From: an uncultured Gemmatimonadales bacterium
GTDB lineage: Bacteria > Gemmatimonadota > Gemmatimonadetes > Gemmatimonadales > Gemmatimonadaceae
DNA length: 64,000 nucleotides
Reading direction: 5' to 3'
NCBI GenBank assembly: GCA_963793305.1
Contig: CAWBZV010000003.1
Span: 256,001 to 320,000 of the forward strand
Shown here: positions 30,508 through 38,758 of the stretch, piece after piece
How the letters are laid out: every line of letters begins with the position of its first letter
Position numbering within the stretch: the stretch's first letter is position 1
Made by a program: the position numbers and the translations under genes
The notes under the pieces: generated by a model
What the model was told of the DNA's origin: nothing
Databases searched by the model: none
What the model saw: the letters and a program-made list of their open reading frames with translations, nothing else

Positions 30508-31502
30508 GGCAATGATGCCATGAAGTCAGCGAGATAGTTCTTCCAGACCACGGCCTTCGTATGCGTGCCGTGGCCGACGGTCTGATCCGTCGTCGGCAAG
30601 AGTACGAACTTGACGCGCTTGACCCGCTTGAGCAGTGGTTCCATCGTGCCGAGCTCCGGCGGGTTGATCGCGTCGTCGGCCGAGTTGATCGCCAACACCG
30701 GCGCAACGATGCGCTCCAAGTCAGCGGACGGATCGTAGTCGCGCGACGCATCGAGCTGATAGATGAGGTCATTGGCGTCGTCCTTCGCCATGCGGCTGCG
30801 CACAATCGCCATCTCGGCGCTGTCCGCCTTATCCCGCGTCGGTCCGGCCTTCTGCAGGACCAGCGGGCTCGTTGCCCAAAGTGACAAGAGCTGCATGGCC
30901 GGCGTGTACCCGTACGGCTGCTTCGTGTACTCTCCGCCGTTGTAGTCGGGCGAGTTTCGGATATCGTCCATCGCCATGCGGCGCCACATGCGATTGCGCC
31001 CGGTGAGCTGCGTCGGATTGCACGCCAGCGGGACGGCGCCATCCATGAACGTCGGATACCGTTCCAGCCACATCCACGAGTGCATGCAGCCCATCGACGT
31101 GCCCATGACCAGCCGCAGATGGCGCACGTGCAGCCCGTCGCTCACCAGCCGATACTCGGCCTCGACCATGTCCGCATACCCATAGTGCGGAAACTTCGCG
31201 TGCAGCCCATCGCTCGGCTTGCTCGACCCGCCGTGGCCAATATCGTCGGGCAGGATCACGAAATATTTCGTCGTGTCCAGCAGCTGTCCCGGGCCGAAGA
31301 GCTCGCCGGCGAAGATCGGCAGCAGGAACTGGTCGCCCGAGCCGCTCGTGCCGTGCATGATCAGCACAGCCTTGCCGCTGGAGGGTCCAAGCGTGCGATA
31401 GTGGATCCGCAGCTCGGGCATCACCTCGCCGTCGGCGAGCTTGACGTCGCGCGTCGTATAGTTGGCGGCCTGCACGAGGAGCAGCAGTAGGAGAGGGTTC
31501 AT
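30504..31502 (-). CDS. alpha/beta hydrolase, homoserine O-acetyltransferase-like
   Basis: GTSMGCM nucleophile elbow, INSADD and GHGTH motifs. Confidence 0.85.
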   Translation of the reverse strand: MNPLLLLLLVQAANYTTRDVKLADGEVMPELRIHYRTLGPSSGKAVLIMHGTSGSGDQFLLPIFAGELFGPGQLLDTTKYFVILPDDIGHGGSSKPSDGLHAKFPHYGYADMVEAEYRLVSDGLHVRHLRLVMGTSMGCMHSWMWLERYPTFMDGAVPLACNPTQLTGRNRMWRRMAMDDIRNSPDYNGGEYTKQPYGYTPAMQLLSLWATSPLVLQKAGPTRDKADSAEMAIVRSRMAKDDANDLIYQLDASRDYDPSADLERIVAPVLAINSADDAINPPELGTMEPLLKRVKRVKFVLLPTTDQTVGHGTHTKAVVWKNYLADFMASLP

Positions 31503-31519
31503 GGCACTATTATGCCATC

Positions 31520-32587
31520 ATGCGAGCGATGCTGCTCGAAGAGCCCCGCAAGCCGTTACACATGGTCGAATGGCCCGAGCCGACGCCGCTCGAAGGGCAA
31601 GTTCTGATTCATGTCCACGCCTGCGGTGTCTGTCGGACCGACCTCCACATCGTCGATGGGGAGCTCGGCGGAGCCGAGATCGGTCCAACCGACCAGTCGA
31701 GCAGCGCAGCTGCCTCGACGCGCGGCGGAGCCGCGCTGACGCAACCATCGCTGCCGCTGATCATCGGCCACGAGATCGTCGGCACGGTCGCCGCTCGCGG
31801 CCCGGGCGCGAATCGGTTCGCGGTCGGCGACCGGGTCGGCGTGCCCTGGCTCGGCTGGACCGACGACACCTGTTCGTATTGTCGGAGCGGGCGCGAAAAC
31901 CTGTGTCTCAACGCCCGATTCACAGGCTACACGATCGATGGCGGATATGCCGATGCGGTCATCGCCGACGAGCGCTATGCGGTGGCGATCCCCGCGTCGT
32001 ATGGTGACGCGGAGGCGGCACCGCTCTTGTGCGCGGGGCTCATCGGCTATCGCTCACTGGTCGCGGCCGGCGATGCCCAACGGGTTGGCCTGTATGGATT
32101 CGGGGCATCGGCACATCTCATTGCTCAGGTCGCGCGGCACCAGGGTCGCGAGGTCTATGCGTTCACGCGCCCTGGCGATCAGGATGGACAGAAGTTCGCG
32201 ATGGAGGTCGGGGCCACCTGGGCCGGAGGCTCGGATGCCAAGCCGCCGAAGCCTCTCGACGCGGCGATCATCTTCGCGCCGGTCGGCGCACTGATCCCGA
32301 CGGCGCTGCGCGCGACCGCGCGCGGGGGCACGGTGGTCTGCGCCGGCATTCACATGTCGGACGTGCCGTCGTTTCCGTACGATATCTTGTGGGAGGAACG
32401 GTCCGTCCGTTCGGTCGCCAATCTCACGCGGCATGACGCCGAGGAGTTCATGCGACTGGCACCGGCCGTCCCGGTACGAACGACGATTACGACATACCCG
32501 TTGGCCCACGCCAACCGCGCCTTAGCCGACCTCCGTGCCGGTCGCTTGCATGGGGCCGCCGTTCTTCTAACCCGGAATGCACGATGA
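31520..32587 (+). CDS. zinc-binding alcohol dehydrogenase with a 24-aa repeat-derived insertion
   Basis: [15 protein letters not shown] and GLYGFGASA motifs. Confidence 0.92.
   Translation: MRAMLLEEPRKPLHMVEWPEPTPLEGQVLIHVHACGVCRTDLHIVDGELGGAEIGPTDQSSSAAASTRGGAALTQPSLPLIIGHEIVGTVAARGPGANRFAVGDRVGVPWLGWTDDTCSYCRSGRENLCLNARFTGYTIDGGYADAVIADERYAVAIPASYGDAEAAPLLCAGLIGYRSLVAAGDAQRVGLYGFGASAHLIAQVARHQGREVYAFTRPGDQDGQKFAMEVGATWAGGSDAKPPKPLDAAIIFAPVGALIPTALRATARGGTVVCAGIHMSDVPSFPYDILWEERSVRSVANLTRHDAEEFMRLAPAVPVRTTITTYPLAHANRALADLRAGRLHGAAVLLTRNAR
31663..31735. repeat. palindromic repeat, copy B (in frame inside the ADH gene)
   Basis: Near-identical to 11888-11965. Confidence 0.8.
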
Positions 32588-34038
32588 TCCCGAACTACGT
32601 CGCCGGCAATTGGCGCACAGTCGCGACCACCGATTGTGTCGCCGTCACGAATCCCGCCACCGGTGAGCTGCTCGATCAGACGCCGCTCTCGACCCCCTCA
32701 GACGTCGACGCGGCCGTCCGCGCGGCGGCCGCGGCATTTCCATCGTGGCGCCGCACGCCGCCCGGTGAGCGCATCCAGTACCTGTTCGCGCTCAAGGCGC
32801 TTCTCGATCAGCATATCGATGAGCTGGCGCGGATCATCACCACCGAGAATGGGAAGACGTTGGCCGAGGCGAAGGCCGAGATTCGGCGGGGCATCGAGAA
32901 TGTCGAGGTCGCGTGCGGGATTCCCACGCTCATGCAAGGCTACAATCTCGAAGACGTCACGGCTGGCGTCGACGAGATGTTGATCCGGCAACCGCTCGGC
33001 GTCGTCGCGGCGATTACGCCGTTCAATTTTCCGATCATGATTCCGTTTTGGTTCTTGCCCTACGCTATCGCGTGTGGCAATACCCTCGTCATCAAACCCT
33101 CCGAGCGCGTTCCCCTGTCGATGCGCCGCGCGATCGAATTGATCGCCCAGACGGGTCTTCCGGCTGGAGTTGTCAATCTGGTCAACGGCGGCCGGGCGAC
33201 AGTCGAGGCGCTGATCGATCATCCGGATGTCCGCGCCATCAGCTTCGTCGGCTCAACGCCAGTTGCCAAGGCCATTTATGTCCGATCGGCTCAGCGTGGC
33301 AAACGTAGCCAGTGTCAGGGAGGCGCCAAGAACCATGTCATCGTGCTTCCGGATGCCGACATGGACCTGGCGACGCAGATCATCGCGGATAGTGCGTTTG
33401 GTTGCGCCGGACAACGATGTCTCGCGGTCTCCGTCGCCATTACCGTGGGAGATGCGCAGCGCACGTTCCGTGATCGCATCACCGATGCCGCGTCGCGCAT
33501 TCGCGTCGGCAACGGACTGGATGATGGCATCCAGATGGGCCCCGTGATTTCACCGGAGAGCCGGGAGCGTATTGCATCGCTCGTCGCGACCGGCGTCGGC
33601 GATGGTGCCCGCGTGTTGCTCGATGGGCGAAGCGCCGCACATGAGCGCGGATCTTTTATCAAGCCCACCGTGCTCGATGCCTTGCCGCCGACCAGCCGAG
33701 TCGCGGAGACGGAGATCTTCGGCCCGGTGCTCAGTCTCATGCATGCCGATTCGATCGACGACGCCATGGCGTTCTTGCGCACGAGCGCCTACGGCAACCA
33801 GGCGAGCCTGTTTACGACCAGTGGCGCGGCAGCGCGGAGATTTCGCTACGAGGCCCCCGCGGGAAATATCGGCATCAACATCGGTGTAGCCGCGCCGATG
33901 GCCTATTTCCCATTCAGCGGCTGGAAGGACAGCTTCTTCGGCATTCTCCACGGCCAGGGCCGTGATGCCGTGGAGTTCTACACGGAATCGAAGGTCGTCA
34001 TCGAGCGCTGGTCACGGCAAGAGACCAGACGATTCTAA
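32584..34038 (+). CDS. mmsA: CoA-acylating methylmalonate-semialdehyde dehydrogenase
   Basis: [27 protein letters not shown] and [10 protein letters not shown] motifs. Confidence 0.9.
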   Translation: MIPNYVAGNWRTVATTDCVAVTNPATGELLDQTPLSTPSDVDAAVRAAAAAFPSWRRTPPGERIQYLFALKALLDQHIDELARIITTENGKTLAEAKAEIRRGIENVEVACGIPTLMQGYNLEDVTAGVDEMLIRQPLGVVAAITPFNFPIMIPFWFLPYAIACGNTLVIKPSERVPLSMRRAIELIAQTGLPAGVVNLVNGGRATVEALIDHPDVRAISFVGSTPVAKAIYVRSAQRGKRSQCQGGAKNHVIVLPDADMDLATQIIADSAFGCAGQRCLAVSVAITVGDAQRTFRDRITDAASRIRVGNGLDDGIQMGPVISPESRERIASLVATGVGDGARVLLDGRSAAHERGSFIKPTVLDALPPTSRVAETEIFGPVLSLMHADSIDDAMAFLRTSAYGNQASLFTTSGAAARRFRYEAPAGNIGINIGVAAPMAYFPFSGWKDSFFGILHGQGRDAVEFYTESKVVIERWSRQETRRF

Positions 34039-34617
34039 GACGGCGTCGATGGCCTTGACGACGAGCGCTTCGACCTCCGGCACCTCGCGATCGCGCGTCG
34101 ACAGGAGCTCGAACATCTCGTAGCTCGTGAGCGCGAACAAGATGTCGACGAGATCGTTGGCGCGCTCGTGGTCCACGTTCGGCCCCAGGCGCCCGACGAT
34201 CACCGTGAGACCACCACGCCGGCGCTCGATGCGCGCTTGCAGTTGTTTCGCGATGTCGGCGTCGACGATCGCGGCCGAGAGACGCGGGAGCGCTCTCCGG
34301 TGGTTCGCCCAAAACGTGACGAGCACGTGCGCTAGCTCGTGGAGCGCCCGTCGCGGGTCGCGCTCGGCGAACACCTTTGGCAGTGCGGCCAGACCACCAG
34401 AAGTCGCGAACTCGTCGAAGACTGCCTCGAGCAAGTGCGCCTTGGACGCGAACTGATGATAGATCGTGATGCGCGTGACGCGCGCGCGTTTCGCGACCGC
34501 CTCCATCGAGAAAGGCTTGGCCGAAGCGAACAGCTCCCTGGCGGCGCGCAAGATGCGACTCCGCGTCTCATCGGCGGCCGCGCGACGGCTGGGACTGCGA
34601 TACGGACGAGGCGTCAC
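34012..34617 (-). CDS. TetR family transcriptional regulator
   Basis: [26 protein letters not shown]; start uncertain. Confidence 0.88.
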   Translation of the reverse strand: MTPRPYRSPSRRAAADETRSRILRAARELFASAKPFSMEAVAKRARVTRITIYHQFASKAHLLEAVFDEFATSGGLAALPKVFAERDPRRALHELAHVLVTFWANHRRALPRLSAAIVDADIAKQLQARIERRRGGLTVIVGRLGPNVDHERANDLVDILFALTSYEMFELLSTRDREVPEVEALVVKAIDAVLESSGLLP

Positions 34618-34684
34618 CGGCGCTTGACGGGCGAAAGTAAATCGACTATACACTCTGTAAGACTAATTACGAGAGAGCTCACGC

Positions 34685-35143
34685 ATGACGTTAATCGCAA
34701 TTGTCCGCGCGATCCATATTCTGTCCGGCGTCATCTGGGCGGGATTCGCCGTCGTCCTGGCGACACTCGTCATGCCCAACCTCGCCCCCGAAGGGCGCGG
34801 CGCCTTCGGACAGTACATGGCGAAGTCGGGCTCGCGCATCGCCGGCGGCGCGGCGGCGCTGACGTTCTTCTCCGGCCTCTACCTCATGTGGCGCCTGCAC
34901 TGGGGCGATCATTCGGCCCAGGCCACGACGCTCGGCATCGGCGCGCTGCTCGCGATCGCTGCGGGTATCGCGGGCGGCGCGATCAGCGGTCGCGCGGCCA
35001 CTCAGCTCGGCAAGCTGACCCCGGGCCCCGATACCGCGGCCCAAGCCGCCGCGCTACGCAATCGCCTCATGCTCGGCGGTCGCATCACCGCGACGCTGCT
35101 GGTCCTGTCGATTATCTGCATGGCGGTCGCGCGATACGTGTAG
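34685..35143 (+). CDS. four-TM membrane protein divergent from the TetR gene
   Basis: RAIHILSGVIWAG and further hydrophobic helices. Confidence 0.75.
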   Translation: MTLIAIVRAIHILSGVIWAGFAVVLATLVMPNLAPEGRGAFGQYMAKSGSRIAGGAAALTFFSGLYLMWRLHWGDHSAQATTLGIGALLAIAAGIAGGAISGRAATQLGKLTPGPDTAAQAAALRNRLMLGGRITATLLVLSIICMAVARYV

Positions 35144-35198
35144 CAGATCGTGTGAGGGCTTGACGAGCAGTAGGGTCGTATATAGCTTGGTCGCCTGG

Positions 35199-35246
35199 GA
35201 GTCGCGTCCCGATATCGAGGTTGTTCGGTGACGCGACTCTTTTTTT
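35199..35246 (+). terminator. intrinsic terminator hairpin (possibly the 3' end of a short RNA)
   Basis: GAGTCGCGTC/GACGCGACTC stem plus T7; preceded by TTGACG-17-TAGCTT at 35160-35188. Confidence 0.8.
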
Positions 35247-35265
35247 GTCTAACCCTGCGAGAACA

Positions 35266-35382
35266 ATGCATCCAGAATTTCCGCGATCACAGAGTGAATA
35301 CGCCATTACGCGACCGGTCATGGACCGACTCGCGCTGGGTGACGTGTGTGCAGGGGGTATATCGGGGACGCGAAGCGACTAG
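35266..35382 (+). CDS. putative 38-aa leader peptide upstream of the Ro60/RtcB locus
   Basis: MHPEFPRSQSEYAITRPVMDRLALGDVCAGGISGTRSD; its 3' end is complementary to the next terminator. Confidence 0.45.
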   Translation: MHPEFPRSQSEYAITRPVMDRLALGDVCAGGISGTRSD

Positions 35383-35400
35383 AGCGCTTTAGAGTCCACC

Positions 35401-35451
35401 CGAGAATCGCCCCACCTGCACACGATCGGCAGGTGGGGCGATTTCGTTTTT
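35401..35451 (+). terminator. attenuator-type intrinsic terminator
   Basis: AATCGCCCCACCTGC/GCAGGTGGGGCGATT stem followed by TCGTTTTT. Confidence 0.8.
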
Positions 35452-35577
35452 ATCCACGCTGTTTGACAACCGATCGTGCTGGAAAACCGGGTGGCCGTCG
35501 TTGGCACTCCGCTCGCTGGCGAACGCGACTCCCTGTGTGTTGGAGTCGCTGGCGGCGGTCACTCGCTTGCTTACACC

Positions 35578-35704
35578 GAAGGCTGTAGCTCAATAGGTAG
35601 AGCATCAGGGGCACCTCCTCACCACCATACCTCGCCCGTCCGCGGGCCGACGGCTGAGGGTTATCCGTTCTGACAGTTGCAGGTTCGAGTCCTGCCAGCC
35701 TTCC
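35578..35704 (+). ncRNA. tRNA-like Y RNA (YrlA-related), unit 1
   Basis: Acceptor GAAGGCTG/CAGCCTTC; D arm GCTC-AATAGGTA-GAGC; stem TCAGG/TCTGA enclosing a 59-nt insert; T arm GCAGG-TTCGAGT-CCTGC; upstream of Ro60. Confidence 0.8.
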
Positions 35705-35705
35705 T

Positions 35706-35820
35706 GTGGTTCGGTGCCGAGTTTTCCCTCGGCACATTTCGCCCGCTCACGGGCCGACGTTGAGGGTTACCGACTTGGAACCGCCGCGGTTCGACCCCGC
35801 GGAGCTCGGCATCGAATCAC
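35706..35820 (+). ncRNA. tRNA-like Y RNA, unit 2 (T arm plus bulged-C helix, no D arm)
   Basis: 18-bp closing stem; TCGCCCG-ctca-CGGGCCGA helix; T arm CCGCGG-TTCGACC-CCGCGG. Confidence 0.65.
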
Positions 35821-35861
35821 TGTTCATCGCATCACTTCACACTCACCCAGGAGGGCGAGCC

Positions 35862-37469
35862 ATGTTGGATTTCACCAAGCACTTCGCGACTCGCCTGAAG
35901 CGCCAGGCGACTCCGCAGTCCGAGCCGATCCCGGGCTCGACGCAGATCCCGAACTCGGCGGGCGGCTGGACGTGGGCCGTCGATCCCTGGAAGCGCTTCG
36001 ACCGCTTCCTGATCTTCGGCACCGAGCGCGGCACGTATTACATCCGCGAGCGGCAGCTGACCCGCGAGAACGCGGCGAACGCTCTCGCGTGTATCGCCGC
36101 CGACGGTCCGCGCGCGGTCCGGCGCATCGTCGAGATCTCGATCGCCGGCCGCGCGCCGTCGAACGACCCGGCATTGTTCGCGCTGGCCCTCGCGGCGAGC
36201 GCCGAGGATGCACTGACTCGCGCGGCGGCATTCGCGGCGCTCCCCGAGGTGGCGCGTACGGGAACGCACTTGTTCCACTGGGTGCAGTACCTCAAGGGAT
36301 TCCGCGGCTGGGGACGCGGCCCCCGCACGGCGGTCGCGCGCTGGTACACGGCGCGGCCCGCCGCAACGCTCGCCTATCAGCTGCTCAAGTACCGCTCGCG
36401 CGACGGCTGGTCGCACCGCGATACACTGCGGCTCGCCCACCCGGCGCCTCCGACGGCAACGCACGACTACCTCTTCCGCTACGCCACGCGGGAGACGCTC
36501 GCAGTCGGCGCCCCGTCGCGCGTCGCACCAGACCCCGATGTCGTCACGTTCGTCGAAGCGGTCGCATTGCTCGCGCGCCTCAAGCCCGATGCGGCCGCCC
36601 AGGTGATCGCCACGCATTGGCTGACGCGCGAGATGGTGCCGACGGAGCTCCTGGCTCACGCCGGCACATGGGCAGCACTGCTGCCGGCGATGCCGCTCAC
36701 GGCCATGATCCGGAACCTCGGCGTCATGAGCGCGAACGGCCTGTTGACGCCTTACAGCGCCACCACGCGGATGATCGTCGGTCGTCTCACCGATCGCGAT
36801 GCCCTGACCTCGGCGCGGATCCACCCGATCGCCGTGCTCGCCGCGCTCAAGACATACGCGCAGGGGCACGGAATGAAAGGCAAGCTGCGCTGGGACCCGG
36901 TCGGCGCGATCGTCGATGCGCTCGACGCAGCATTCTATCTCACGTTCGCCAACGCGCCGAGCACGGGACGGCGCGTGATGCTGGCGCTGGACGTCTCCGG
37001 TTCCATGTCCGCGCCGGTCTTCGGCATGGACTTTCTGTCCTGCCGTGAGGCCACGGCTGCCATGGCATTGGTCACGGCGGCGACCGAGCCCAATCATTGG
37101 TTCGTCGCATTCACCAAGACACTCACCTCGCTGGCGATCTCGCCGCGCCAGCGGTTGGACGACGTTGTCAAGTCTATCTCGAACCTTCCGTTCGGCGGGA
37201 CGGACTGCGCGTTGCCGATGGTCGAGGCAACGAACAACCGGTGGCCGGTCGATCTGTTCGTTGTCCTCACCGACAACGAGACGTGGGCCGGCTCAATTCA
37301 TCCGGCCGAGGCGCTGCGGCACTACCGGCAGCGTATGGGCATTGCCGCGAAGCTCGTTGTCGTGGCGATGACCGCGAACGACTTCACGATTGCGGACCCG
37401 GACGACGCGGGCATGCTCGACGTCGTTGGGTTCGATCCGAACACACCGCAAGTCATCGCGGAGTTCTAA
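35862..37469 (+). CDS. rsr: Ro60 ribonucleoprotein ortholog (TROVE + vWA domains)
   Basis: NSAGG, RFLIFGTERGTYY, RTGTHLF, KYRSRDGWSHRD, AMIRNLG, MIDAS DVSGSM, GGTDCALP and TDNETW motifs; AGGAGG RBS. Confidence 0.95.
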   Translation: MLDFTKHFATRLKRQATPQSEPIPGSTQIPNSAGGWTWAVDPWKRFDRFLIFGTERGTYYIRERQLTRENAANALACIAADGPRAVRRIVEISIAGRAPSNDPALFALALAASAEDALTRAAAFAALPEVARTGTHLFHWVQYLKGFRGWGRGPRTAVARWYTARPAATLAYQLLKYRSRDGWSHRDTLRLAHPAPPTATHDYLFRYATRETLAVGAPSRVAPDPDVVTFVEAVALLARLKPDAAAQVIATHWLTREMVPTELLAHAGTWAALLPAMPLTAMIRNLGVMSANGLLTPYSATTRMIVGRLTDRDALTSARIHPIAVLAALKTYAQGHGMKGKLRWDPVGAIVDALDAAFYLTFANAPSTGRRVMLALDVSGSMSAPVFGMDFLSCREATAAMALVTAATEPNHWFVAFTKTLTSLAISPRQRLDDVVKSISNLPFGGTDCALPMVEATNNRWPVDLFVVLTDNETWAGSIHPAEALRHYRQRMGIAAKLVVVAMTANDFTIADPDDAGMLDVVGFDPNTPQVIAEF

Positions 37470-37471
37470 AA

Positions 37472-37509
37472 AGAAAGAACCCCGGGGATTTCTCCTCGGG
37501 GTCCTTTCT
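37472..37509. terminator. hairpin between rsr and rtcB
   Basis: AGAAAG-ACCCCGGGGA/TCCTCGGGGT-CTTTCT inverted repeat with a weak U-tract. Confidence 0.5.
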
Positions 37510-37586
37510 GCCTACGCTTCGCTCACACTCAACGCTGAGAGATATAACTAGCCCAGCGAAACTCGTATCATTGTTATCAAACACCA

Positions 37587-38744
37587 ATGAGCACTGACAT
37601 GCAGATCTTCGGAACCCACGACCCCCAGACGCTGGCTCAGCTAACCGATGTCGCCTCACGCGCCGTACGCGTGGCGCTAATGGCCGACGGTCATGTGGGC
37701 TTTACGATGCCGATCGGCGGAGTGGCGGCGTATCGCGAGCAGGTGTCCGTCGTCGGCGTCGGCTTCGACATTGCCTGCGGCAACGCCGCGATTCGCACGA
37801 ATCTCACGGCAGAACGCCTCGGCAAACTGGAGCCGTTGGCCGACGAGATCGCGGACACGATCAGTTTTGGGATCGGCCGTAGTAATCGCGCCAATGACGC
37901 GCCGACCGATAATGCGCTGTTCGATGAGGACAGTTGGGAGGCCGTGCCGCCGAAGGAGCGCAAAGCGCTACAAGACAAGGCGCGAGCGCAACTCGGCACT
38001 GTCGGCAGCGGCAACCACTACGTCGACGTCTTCGCCGACGAGACCGACACGGTATGGGTCGGCGTGCACTTCGGCAGCCGCGGCTTCGGCCACACGATCG
38101 CCAGTGGTTTCCTTGCGCTGTCGCAAGGCAGGAGCTGGCGTGAGCGTGCGCCGGAGCGCGAGGTGCTACTCGACCTCGCTGCTCCGCTCGGCCACGACTA
38201 CTGGACGTTGATGAACCTCGCCGGCCGCTACGCCTACGCCGGCCGCGAGTGGGTCGCGCGCAAAGTGGTGCGCATTCTCGGTGGCCGCGAGAAGGAGCTC
38301 GTGCACAATCATCACAACTTCGCCTGGCGCGAAACCCACGACGGCGAAGCGCTGATCGTCGTGCGCAAAGGCGCAACACCGGCATTTCCCGGACAGATGG
38401 GATTTATCGGCGGCTCGATGGGCGACGACGCCGTGATCGTGCGCGGCACCGCCGCTGACTCGGCGCTGCAGCACGCCGCCCTGTACTCGACCGTGCACGG
38501 CGCTGGTCGCGTCATGTCACGAAGCGCCGCCAAGACGCAGGTCACCGGCAACATGATGAGAGGGTGGGTGGCCGAGAAGGGCGTGGTGCTGCGCGGCGGC
38601 GGGCTGGATGAGAGCCCGCACGTCTATCGCCGACTGCCAGATGTGCTCACCGCCCAGAGCGACACGATCGAAATCGTGCACACGCTGCGTCCACTGATTG
38701 TCGTAATGGCAGGCGCGAACGAGTTTGACCCGTACAAAGACTAG
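37587..38744 (+). CDS. rtcB: RtcB family RNA ligase
   Basis: MADGHVG, GFDIACG, GSGNHY, HFGSRG, HHN, RKGATPA, HGAGR and DESP motifs. Confidence 0.95.
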   Translation: MSTDMQIFGTHDPQTLAQLTDVASRAVRVALMADGHVGFTMPIGGVAAYREQVSVVGVGFDIACGNAAIRTNLTAERLGKLEPLADEIADTISFGIGRSNRANDAPTDNALFDEDSWEAVPPKERKALQDKARAQLGTVGSGNHYVDVFADETDTVWVGVHFGSRGFGHTIASGFLALSQGRSWRERAPEREVLLDLAAPLGHDYWTLMNLAGRYAYAGREWVARKVVRILGGREKELVHNHHNFAWRETHDGEALIVVRKGATPAFPGQMGFIGGSMGDDAVIVRGTAADSALQHAALYSTVHGAGRVMSRSAAKTQVTGNMMRGWVAEKGVVLRGGGLDESPHVYRRLPDVLTAQSDTIEIVHTLRPLIVVMAGANEFDPYKD

Positions 38745-38758
38745 TTCGTCTGTTTGGC

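Noticed and set aside
35578..35704. Ordinary tRNA, or tRNA with a self-splicing intron
   Set aside because: No 7-nt anticodon loop; the 59-nt insert is too short for a group I intron and is repeated in the next unit.
35632..35769. CRISPR array
   Set aside because: Only two imperfect repeats, embedded in tRNA-like folds; no cas genes in the window.
35706..35861. 52-aa N-terminal extension of Ro60
   Set aside because: It overlaps the structured RNA; the AGGAGG RBS and family homology support ATG 35862.
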